A stretch of DNA of 64,000 bases, from assembly GCF_009914755.1 (NCBI RefSeq), contig NC_060930.1. The stretch is one strand, 5' to 3'. Within the stretch, counting starts at the first letter, position 1, and every line of letters begins with the position of its first letter. Made by a program: the position numbers and the translations under genes. Under the pieces are notes generated by a model. That model saw only the letters and a program-made list of their open reading frames with translations, searched no databases and had not been told where the DNA came from. This DNA comes from the human T2T-CHM13v2.0 reference genome, Homo sapiens. Shown here piece by piece: positions 51,149 through 64,000 of this stretch.

Positions 51149-52169
51149 GGAGGCTACCATGACTTGAATCAAGGGAGTGAGAGGAGCATTAGGAGAGGAG
51201 GGTAGAGAGGTGTGGTGGACCAGATTGCGGAGTGCCCCATGGGTCATTTCAAGCAAGCAAGGAGGTGTTTATTCTGAAGTGAGGAACCAGCACACAGTTT
51301 TGAGTGAAGAAATCTGACACAACTGTTGAAAGGTTCCCTGTGACTGTTATAAGACTAGGCAGCGGTGAGCAAGGGAGACCTGTTAGGAGGCCTTTGCAAT
51401 CATACAGGTAAGATATAATGGTAGCAAGAATCAGGAGGATAGCAGGGGAGGTGGTACGAAGTAAATACATTTTGAAGATAGTGCCAGCAGGATTTTCTGC
51501 TAGACTGAATACGGGAGTGTGAGAGAAAGGTCAGGCAAGAGTGGCTCTAAGGATTTTTCTTGAGCGACTAGAAGAATGAAGCTGCTATCAGTTGAGATGG
51601 AAAGGGCTTGAAAGTAGAGCTGGTTTTGAATGTGGAGCATAAGACTGGGTGTTCTTTGGAACTTGTTTCACTGGAGATGACTGTTCTAGCCAAATGAAGA
51701 TGTTGAATAGGCAGTTGAGGATACGGTTCTGGAGTCTGTAGACATTTGAACTGTGCATAGACATTTGGGAAGGGCCGTCATAGAGATCCAACTTAATGCC
51801 ATGGAACTGAGTGACATGACCATGAGAATGAGGGGACAAGAGGAACAAGAAGTGAGCCTGAAGGAAGGCCAACATTAAGAGGTTAAAGAGAGATAAAGGA
51901 CACTAAAATGGGGTGGCCATAAGGTAAAATTAGATTCAGGAGAGTGTGTGGTCCTAGAAGTGAAGAGAAGAAAAAGTAACAGATAGATGAACTGCGTAAA
52001 ATACATCAAGGAAGACAAGGATTGGTCAGCTACCTTAGTAATAAAGTTATGGGAAACCTTGATGAGAAGAGTTTAATGAAATGGTGGGGAGGAGAGCTTA
52101 ATTGGAGTAGATAGAAGACAGAATGGGAAGAAAAACTTGGAGCCAACAAGAATAGATAAGGATTTCTAG

Positions 52170-52480
52170 AAGTTTTGAAATCTGCAGGCATACTGGCAGG
52201 CTGGAAACCCAGGGGACAGTGGATATTGCAGCTGGAGCCTGAAGACAGTCTAGGGGCAGAATTCATCTTCCTCAGGGGACCTCAATCTTTGCTCTTAAGG
52301 CTCTCAACTGATTATATGAGGCCCACCCACATTATGTAGGGTAATCTGCTTTACCCAAATTCTACCAATTTGAGTGTTAACTATATATAAAATACCTTCA
52401 TAATAACATCTAGACTGGTGTTTCACCAAAAGCTAGGTATCATGGCCAAACCAGTTTAACACATAAAATCCGTTATCACA
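52170..52480 (-). mobile_element. MLT2D-like ERVL LTR fragment
   Basis: GCAGGCTGGAAACCCAGG, CAACTGATTATATGAGGCCCACCCACATTATG.AGGGTAATCTGCTTTAC, ACACATAAAAT..TATCACA. Confidence 0.8.
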
Positions 52481-52504
52481 GCCATGGTGAAGAAAAGTTG
52501 TTGA

Positions 52505-54300
<1,796 letters not shown>

Positions 54301-54334
54301 TAGGGGGTATAAATGAGTTGGGAAAACCAAGTGA

Positions 54335-54710
54335 TAAAAATGTACAGCCAGCAAATCTGTAGAGAGAGTAAAAAGGTAAGGTGGTTGCCAGGGTTGAGGG
54401 AGAATGAATAGATGGAAAACAGGAGATTTATTTTTAGGGAAGTGAAACTATTATATATAATACCATAATGGTGGATAGTGCCATTATACATTTGCCTATA
54501 CAATGTATAATATACAACACCAAGAATCAACCCTAGATAGACTGTATTTAGTAATTATCAATATCAGCTCATCAGTTTTAACAACTGTACCACAAAAATA
54601 GATGCTGATAATAGAAAAAAACTTGGGAGTTGGTTTAGAGGAACTCTGTACTTTCCACTCAATTTTTCCATAAATCTAAAACTCCTTTTAAAAAGGTTAT
54701 TTTTTAAATT
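54335..54710 (+). mobile_element. L1MC1/2-like 3' UTR
   Basis: GTGGTTGCCAGGG, TTTTAGGGAAGTGAAACTATT, CAACACCAAGAATCAACCCTA, GAACTCTGTACTTTCCACTCAATTTTTC. Confidence 0.8.
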
Positions 54711-54851
54711 GTAGGACTGAGTATAATTCTCCATGATACTACTTTATTTTTTTCTGCATCCACTGCAGCAAATAGAACAGAGCCAGACACATTAGATAAT
54801 CAATAGTGAGTTAAACACAGTTCCATTAAATTCAAAGTTGTTTCCTTCAGA

Positions 54852-55710
54852 TTAAAGGAAACAATCAACAGTAAAGAAACAACCTGCAGAATGGGAGGAA
54901 ATATTTGCAAACTATTCATCAGACAGGGATGGAATATACAAGGAACTCAAACAATTCAACAGCAATAATAATAATCTCACTAAAGTGGGCAAAGGATCTG
55001 AAAAGATATTTCTCAAAGAAGAAATAGAAATGGCCAACAAACATATGAAAAAAAGGCTCAACATCATTAATCATCAGGGAGATGCAAATCAAAACCACAA
55101 TGAGCTATCATCTCACCCCAGTTATTAGGGCTATTATCAAACACAGAAAATAACAGATGCTGGTGAAGATGCAGAGAAAAGGGAATTCTTAAGCATTGTT
55201 GATTGGAATGTAAATTAGCATAGCCATTATAAAGACAGTATGGAGGTTCCCAAAAAATTAAAAATAGAACTATCATAGAATGGTAGTCCAATTAAAACTA
55301 GAACTATCATATGACAAAATTGCATGTTCTCACTCATATATGGGAGCTTAAAAAGTTGATTTCATGGAGATGGAGAGTAAAATGATTAGTTACCAGAGGC
55401 TGGGAAGGGTGTGGAGGATGGCAAGGAGGAGGGGATGAAAAGTTGGCTAATAGCTACACATATACAGTTAGATATATGGGTTAAGTTCTAATGTTCAAAA
55501 GCACAGTAGGGTAACTATAGTTAAAAACAATGTATTGTATATTTAAAGAGGGCTTGGAATGTTCCTGACACAAATGATGAAAGCTTCAGATGACAGATAT
55601 CCTAAATACCTGACTTGATCATTACATATTCTATGCATGTATCACTATATCCATGTATCCCATGAATATGTACAAATATTATGTATCAACAAAAGAATTA
55701 TAAAAAATGT
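54852..55710 (+). mobile_element. L1MA4-like 3' part with internal deletion
   Basis: GCAAATCAAAACCACAATGAG; 3' UTR ATACAGTTAGAT..AAGTTCTAATGTTC..TTGATCATTACATATTCTATGCATGTA. Confidence 0.85.
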
Positions 55711-56104
55711 ATACACTTATCCAGAAAATCCAACAATAGGAATAAATAACTGTAACACTGAATTTTTAAAATATAGGGTCATGGTTTTAAAAATGAATAA
55801 GTAAATAAAACCTATTTAAAAATTAATTTTTGGGTTAGAGAGGCCACACACTTACTTTGTTGGTTTTCAAGTTGGGAAAATGATACAATTTGAATGTTTA
55901 AGGGAGGAATGTCAAGGGAGGCTGCGAGCCTGGAGGAAGACAAAATTCCCAAGCCTTGGTCTTCCCATCCAAAGGAAAAGGCACTTTTGATACCTTCTAC
56001 ACAACCTCTCTCTAACAATCTATAAGTCATAGACCGGGATGATAAGAATTTATCTGAGGCCTAAGAAAAGGACCTACTGAGGCCATGTGATCACCAAACT
56101 CTCC

Positions 56105-56144
56105 AATCCCTTAGTGAAAGGCGTAATCCCTTAGTGAAAGGCGT
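56105..56144. repeat. Perfect 20-bp tandem duplication AATCCCTTAGTGAAAGGCGT x2
   Basis: Read directly. Confidence 0.95.
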
Positions 56145-58082
56145 ACATTGCAATTTTACCAAATACTGTATGTGCCTCTTTCTTTACTGAGGATTTAATG
56201 ATGAGGTAGTTTTACTTGAAAGATGAAGCTGGTTTAAACATTTTCCGTAACAAAGGCTCTAAATACTAAATTCTGTGAAATTCCCACTTGGCTTAAAATA
56301 AGAAAATACATGATCATCATGATGGTACTGGTAAAGGACCTTACACTTTACTGAAAGAGATCATTGTAAATGCAGTCCTTAAGTGATCAAAATGTATTAA
56401 AAGGCTTATAGCATGTGGAATAAAGTTATGTTAACTAATTAAATAATTTCAGGTGCAATTAACTTGTTCTTTCATAAAATTGTTAGAAAATATTTTCTCA
56501 AGTGTTTGGTTCTTTATTCAGGAATGATTGTATTTCAAAAATTAAATGGTGGAGATGATAAATTAATAGTGGCATTAGATGTATATTAAGTTATCTCTAT
56601 TATCCGCACACACAGGCATGTTAGCACGGACTCATCATTCAATTAATTGCTTTTTGCTACAGTGAGCTTTCAGTCTTGGGAAGGCAACGATCACACACAC
56701 AGAAAACCAGATGAGCTTTTCGGCCACGTTTTAGAAATAAGAAATCAGATTTTCACTGCTGATGCATACTGGGTCTCTCTCTGTATGACCAGCAGATTTT
56801 TGTACTAAATCCTTTCAACTATTGCCATGTGTTCTGAAGGAACATAGTAGTGAGGCCAAAATGGGAAATTCTCCGTCGACTGGAAGAGTATTTAATTCCT
56901 TGTTTGTTTGTTTCTATTAGATTAAAAACCCATTAGGGTGAAGGAGGAGATGAGAGATCATCCATTCAGTCCTGCAAAGAATCTGTCTTGTTTTCTAAAG
57001 TGCTTTAGGAAAGGAACTTGCCCAATCTCATTTAGGATCAGATATTTCAGGATCTCATGCTGTCTGGTAACCTTTATGTATGTCTCATTTAACTGCCTCA
57101 TGCTACTTTTTAGTCTGTCTATACTTTGCTGATTATTGGAAGTGGAGAGTAGACTTGTACCAATCTCTAAGTGAGAATCTTGATATATTTGAAGATTTGT
57201 TATTAATGCCCTATTCATTTTTCTTTTTCATGGCCCAATATTTTTTTTGTTTAGGCTTTGAATAATTATCTTTATGGCTTGCTTTATGTTGTTTCTCAAA
57301 GTCTTCTGTGTCTTCCTATATTGTGGCATTCAAAATTAGACAAGTTTAGGGGAATGGTAAAAACCTGGCTCTGATGGACTGCACATATTTATAAACAATA
57401 GAGCTATATTGTTTAGAAGGGGTATATTCTAATGTCTTCCAAAGCCCCCTCTGCAGTAATATTTCTTGATCATTCCCCATCTTTTATTTTTGTCCTTTGT
57501 TTTTATGTATATTTATTTCATAAGTTATTGAAAGACAGCACCATTGCTTTTAGACAACCTTGTATAATGTGAAAAATTCCCCATCTATAATTGTGAAATT
57601 CAGTGGATTATTTCCATATTTCAATATTAAATCTTTGCAGAAAATATAAGTAGTCCTAGAACTTTGTAAAGGCATCTTTAGGTGCAAGTTAGAAGCAACC
57701 ATAAAAATACAGATGTACCTCCTGTGCTTTTTGTCAGTCAATAAGTAATTATTGAGTGCCTCTTATCTATCAGGCAAAGATCAAGATAGGCACCATCTTT
57801 GACTTTATCAGATGGCCTCCTAATGAAGTATATTGAAATATATCTTTATAACTTGGGTCATATTCCAGAAATAAAAGATCACAATGTAAAGAGAAGCTTG
57901 GTGACTCTTTTGGATGGGGGGAAAATGATACACATGAACTAGGTTTTAAAACTTAGTCTTAACTTTCCATCCATATAGTAAGCACAGCAGGTCAGGACGT
58001 AGCATCTTGACTTTTCTCCTGAAGGGACTAGCTGTCTTCAAGGCACATAGTTCATGTCGGTTGCATACACTAATTTGTAGGA

Positions 58083-58220
58083 TAGTGGTTTTGAATATTG
58101 TACATGAAAATCTAGTGAAAGCCATGGATTCTCATTTCAGGAAAAACAATGAACTTGAAACTTAGGATGTTCCCATGGTCCTTGGAACCCATTTATAGAG
58201 TCTAGGATAGTAACTATTGA
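58083..58220. mobile_element. Degenerate hAT-Charlie MITE
   Basis: GAAAATCTAGTGAAAGCCATGGATTCTC...AGGAAAAAC motif. Confidence 0.4.
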
Positions 58221-61200
58221 TGGCTCAACATCTTTGTACTAAACCCACTTTCACACCATTTCAGTTGAAGGTGGACAATATCTCAGATGGGTCAAAACGA
58301 GGCTTCAGGGGCCCATATGGGACCTCAAGGGGAGAGTTATAATCTGGCAGAAATCACAAAAATCCATTTTACCTTCCTTCAGGCATGAAATGGTAAGATG
58401 GAAGAATCAAAGAGGACCACAGTGGAGACTAGGGGGAGGTGTTACACAACTCGAAGTTCAGGCTTGCTTCTAGTCTAAATTTTGAGCTACAGGGATACAG
58501 ATGGCCTTTGAGTCTCATAATATTCTAACTGGCCCATTACTAAAACAGCACATACAGAGGAAAATTAGGAGCCAAATCTCAGCTATTTCATTCATTCATC
58601 AAATATTCATTGAGGGGCTGAAATATCCCAAGCTCCTGTGGAGACCCAGTACCTGGTCTCACAGAGCTCATTTGTTCCACCCCTTGTGATTCACTGATGC
58701 AGTGGTAGTTTTTAAAAAAACTACTTGGAGATACAGAAGCTCCTGATCTTGGTCAGCTCCGGTGTGACCATCAATAGGTACTCAATAAATACTGGTTGGT
58801 TGATTGGTTTATTACTTTCCCTGATGCATTCGTTTTGTTACAGAATCAGAACAGCTGGGGTTAATAAAAAGAAAAGTTTAGTTTTTAGAGGAGCACAAAT
58901 CTACATACACTAATTATAATAAAATATTAAAAAGCTACTTAGGGTAACATAGTTATGAACTTGAAGTGCATACTAATGTGAGATTCATTTTGATGTAAAG
59001 CATTTTCAAAATCAGCTATCTATCCTCAGAGTGGCCAAAATAGCAGTCCAGAGACGGACATGGAGCATTTCAAATTCAGCAGTATGCTCTTATTGGCCCA
59101 GGGATGGCAATAACACAAGCAGCAGCTGGTAAGAATCTGAGTCTATTCTGACTAGATCATGCTGCCTGAGAGTCTAATTTTGCTTCAAAAATAGTCTAAT
59201 TTTGCTCACAGTGGAAAAAGTGGTATATTCCTTTAGTGTCAACAGACCAGATTGCATCTCCAGTTTGTTTGATGGGAGAACTTGGTTCTGTTCCCAGATA
59301 CGGCTCTCCTTCATGGATCATTGAATTACACTAAGTGTTTTGAACAAAGTCAGTTTCAAAACATACTGCTTTCCTCCCAAACCTTGGAATTTCTCTTCAT
59401 ACCAAAGTTCCAAGAGCCTATGCTAGTAGGAAGAGAATCTCCGAATATGGGTCATTTTGGTTCCAGACATCAGCTTCTTCATCTGTGGATAGGTAAACCC
59501 AAAAGACCCTTCAGGATCTAACATTCTAGGATTTTATAGTGAGTCCTAGAGTTTCTGATATTCTGAAATTTGTGTGAAGATATGTGGGTTATAAGTCTAC
59601 AAATTGGTGGATAAAAAAAGTAAGTCATTTATGTCAAAAAATACCCAGATTTGAGTATATTATACTTTGGCTTTCAGTGAGGAGACTTTTGATATTGTTC
59701 TATTTATCTTTATCGTCACATTTTTTCAGGCAGTAACTATATGTAAAAGAATGTATTACTTCATCAGTTTTTTTTTTTTTAGAGTATTTCTAAGTGAGGG
59801 CCCATTACCTGCTTCTAATTCACTTAGTTTCAAACTCTCTGGCCCTAAGTAATGAGCCATGAAGGAGACCAGGTTAGAGAATGACCCGGGAAGGACTTGC
59901 AGCCTCCCCAGGGCTCAGGCTTGTTGTCTGGTTGAGGTGCCCTTTCTTTCCAGCATGTGCTCCTCTGTGCAGCCGCCTGTGGCTGCGACAAATCCAGGAG
60001 CCTTGCTCCAGGCAGACCACGTTCCACTGAAAACCTGACTTTCTTAAAAATGAACCTCGAAAACTGCAGATGATATAATTTCTCTCTAATCCATCCCCCA
60101 GGAGCATGAGACTGAAGGAAAACCATGGGGAGGATTGATGAGCAGCTCTATTTATATTCTATTGATGGGCTAATCTTGCACACACCTGGAGGTGATCTGA
60201 GCTTCTACCCACACAAAGGGATCCTGATGTTGGCTCTGGTACTAACAAGTCCAAACTGAGCCCCGGCACAGCGGGGCTGGAATGGGTAGGTGTATTACCT
60301 GGATTCTCAGGGGGACCCAGCTGGGGGTACTCTAGCTGGCAGTTGATCTTATGGTAAGGGGTGGAAAGAATGGTAAGAAAGGGATGACAGTTCCTAAAAG
60401 GAAGCTCCCTGTGACAATTTAAGAGAAAAGAATTCCTCGTTCCTATTCCTCCATTAAAAAAAAATCCCATTATGTTTCCAGGGTTTTGGTTCTTTTGCTT
60501 TTCTCTTTAATTTTTAAGAGTCAAAGAATGTGTCACTTAGCTTCATTATATGATAAATGAAGTTTTATTTTTCTTTAACAACGTCTTACTCCGTTTGGTG
60601 CCATCCAGAATAGGAGGTTCCCTTTATGAAACACCTAGAGGTTGGATTTTATTCGATCCCATGTCTGAAATCCACTGAGTATTTAGAATTCTTAGCTTTC
60701 TTCAGAATTTCTGGTTGGACTTGGCATACTCACAGGGGGAAAGCCTTTGGAATGTGATAGAAAGCTGTGCTTTGCTGGCTGTTCCCTTATGACTTATTTG
60801 GATTGAATAAAGCCAGCTACAGAAGTGGGTGAAGCTATCCCTCATGCTGACATTTAATTTACCTGGGAGTACAATAATCTGAGGAAGAATCAAATACTTG
60901 AAAATTTTGCTTCAGTGAGCAAAAGCTAAATGTTTGTACCATATTGAAAAATGATACTTTTCTTTGGAATTTAAAGAAAGGAAAAGAGTAACACATTCAC
61001 TGATGAAAAGCCAGAGGAAAGAGCAGAACTCTTCTTTGGAATATTCACAATTATGAAGCTGGAGAAAACATTGAAATTTTGCACATAATAATTTTTCAGC
61101 TGCCGTTTGATAGAACGAGGTCAATGAGGTCTAGATAAAGGATGGGGTGATAAAGCCTTAAAAAGAAAGGGTGTTTTTAAATGTGGCACAGAAAAGAAAG

Positions 61201-62332
61201 CAGCTGGAGTTAATATCTGATAATATATGGGAGGTGAAAACATGTTGAATCTTGTACAGAAGTTTGATCAGAGAAGGAGTGGGTAATGTTGCTGTCCAAA
61301 TCAAAATAACCATTTATAATTACTCCCACCTGCGCTAAAAAATTATGTTCAGACTGTTCTCAATTCATTGAAATTTACAATCATACAATATTATGAGTAA
61401 TAGTTACTTCTGAACCAAAGTTAATATGCATCTCTCTATTGACAAAATTTGAGTCTATATTATATTCCTCTTTGTATCCTCAGCCATTGACACCATATCT
61501 GACACCTAGTAGATGTTCCACATGCTGACTACTTGAATGAAATGGCAAATCTATAGCACACTTAAGCTCTCTGGTTTCCCTTTAATATATATCTGGCTAG
61601 TCTTAATTGTTTGCTGTAATGAGTTGAGTGATTATTTTTGTCCATGGAAATCTGGCACTGTATGTCATATTTTTTTGCCATGCATTAATAATCGGGCATT
61701 TGAAGCTAATGTCTGCTTTAGATCAAGCTTACAAGGTAGTCATCATGATGGCAAATAGAATATTTGGATGAAATGACCAGATTTCCAACATGCCAAAGCA
61801 AGGATCATGGCCAATACTTTTTTCCTCACCTGTCTTTGTGTTTCATGACCACATGCTCATTTAGGATCATGTTTCCAGAAAGTAAGAGCAGGTGTTCCAG
61901 CCACCACTCCACTGCATACCTCTCCTCTCCCATCAAATGTCTTTCCCTATGTCCTGGACCTCTGGCGGTGGTTTGTGGTGGCATACCAGACTGTCTCATA
62001 ATGGCACATACTATTTCCCCACAACTCTCCCAAAGGTGAGTAACTAGACTTCTTACAACAGCTTGGAATATTTCTGATATAGCCAAGATCTACATAAGTT
62101 ACGGAGAGACCAATTTCACAACTGTCCTACAAATCAGGAATGTTAGCTCTTCCATGTGAGACATGCAGTAGTCAAGCCTTCTGGTCTCTTAGCTATCTCA
62201 ATTGCTGACTAAAAAATGAATCTGCCTAACACATAAGGCATCACATGCAAAAAGACCTGAAACTTAGCTGTACATAAAGTTTCAAGGAATGCGTAGCCCT
62301 CATCTATGCTGAAGCAATATATCAAAAAAATT

Positions 62333-62860
<528 letters not shown>

Positions 62861-63939
62861 TCATTATTTCATCATAACATAATCTATGAGAATTCCCAGT
62901 AGTGCCATGGTAACTTGAGTCTGAGTTTGCAAAGTGAAAGTTTCCTGGAGATGGAAAAACACAAGAGCTGCCTCAGATGGTAAGATTACCTTGGGTCTCC
63001 TACTGTTACCATCACACACACCAAAAGGAGACCCTTGCTAGGCAAAACTTGCAATGAGTGGAAAGCAGTGGTAACAGCACTTAATAGCCACTCTGCTACA
63101 GTTATTTCCCTTGGGCTGCAGTATGTGTGATTCATAACATAATGCATATAAACTCTCCCAACAGTGAAAAAGCCCTATTTGGGCATCTGATGATCCATGA
63201 ATTGAACCAAAGAAGTAACGATATAATCAGCCTGTAAAATGACCAACCCATTTTAAGAACTAAAAATCTATTTTTTAAGCAGAACTGAAACCCATCAACT
63301 CTTTACTGGTGTCCAGATTAATTTGCAGCTACAGAAATCTGTGGACAATGATAATAATTTCTTCAAGACCACAGAAAGAAATAAAAAGAAAGCCTTATAA
63401 ATAAGAAAACCTTACAAATGAGAATGTTCAGAAAGTGCTTTACTCAATGTCTTTATGCAAACTGCGCTAATTAATCTCATACAAACATGGATATTTTTGT
63501 AAAGCATAAGCCCAAGTGCCATTTTATGACCATATAATTTACAAGTCCTCAAATTACATTAAAATCACCACACACAGTGTTTACAGTTTAATTGCATGGT
63601 TATTTACCATTCCCAATCAAGTGTTATTCATTCAGTACCTCTTTGCCTGATCTTACCTAAAAAAGAAGACACTTTTATGCTGGATTTGAGTGGTAAACAT
63701 TCAAACATGGTAATACTCAAAGGCAACAAAGATGTGATTTGGAGTAAACAAATTCCATTGACAGAGATTTCAGAGAATGTCCAGGGAGAAAGAATGAAAA
63801 GAGATCAACATTTACTAAAATAACATTTCTTTGATTGTTTCAGTTCTACTGAAAAAAGGAAACTTCACTATCTACTGCCCAATATTTATGTAAAGCCAGC
63901 TAGGACTATTATCCATATTTTACATTATAAAAACATAGT

Positions 63940-64000
63940 TCTTCAGTCAAGAAATGTTTATTAAGTGCCATACACATTCCAGATTCTGGGGTAAGAGTAA
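63940..64000 (-). mobile_element. L2 3'-end fragment (runs off the window)
   Basis: TTCAGTCAAGAAATGTTTATTAAGTGCC..CCAGATTCTGGGG. Confidence 0.5.

Larger units (their letters stand above)
48781..52165 (-). mobile_element. L2a-like LINE, fragmented by MER45, LTR16, MLT1D and THE1A insertions
   Basis: L2 tail at 48781-48870; colinear L2 motifs at 50090-50215, 50737-50785 and 51149-52165 (GGAGACCTGTTAGGAGGC, AGTTGAGATGGAAA, GATGTTGAATAGGCAGTTG). Confidence 0.75.

Overview
Primate (human-like) AT-rich genomic DNA that looks intergenic or deep-intronic. I recognise no protein-coding exon, RNA gene, CpG island or processed pseudogene. The recognisable ORFs are decayed L1 ORF1/ORF2 pieces; the rest are Alu, LTR or microsatellite read-throughs, or chance ORFs. 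Roughly half of the window is interspersed repeat: L1 (L1PA3/PA4, L1PA15/16, L1MA2/3/4/6, L1MC, L1ME), Alu/FLAM, L2, MIR, LTRs (MER77, MLT1A0, MLT1D, MLT2D, THE1A, THE1D, MST, LTR16, LTR33) and DNA transposon relics (Charlie1a, Tigger3, MER45, MER58A, MER102), plus several microsatellites. Subfamily names come from remembered consensus features, not from a RepeatMasker run. I found no evidence of a novel biological system. The most informative signals are retrotransposition and repair scars: a 5.2-kb L1MA3 whose extreme 5' end (YY1 site) is fused directly to mid-ORF1; a twin-primed L1PA4 with a perfect 18-bp TSD and a short probable 3' transduction; a multi-layer nested insertion cluster at 33.2-39.6 kb; several templated-insertion or palindrome scars; and two THE1 LTRs carrying DUX-type motifs.
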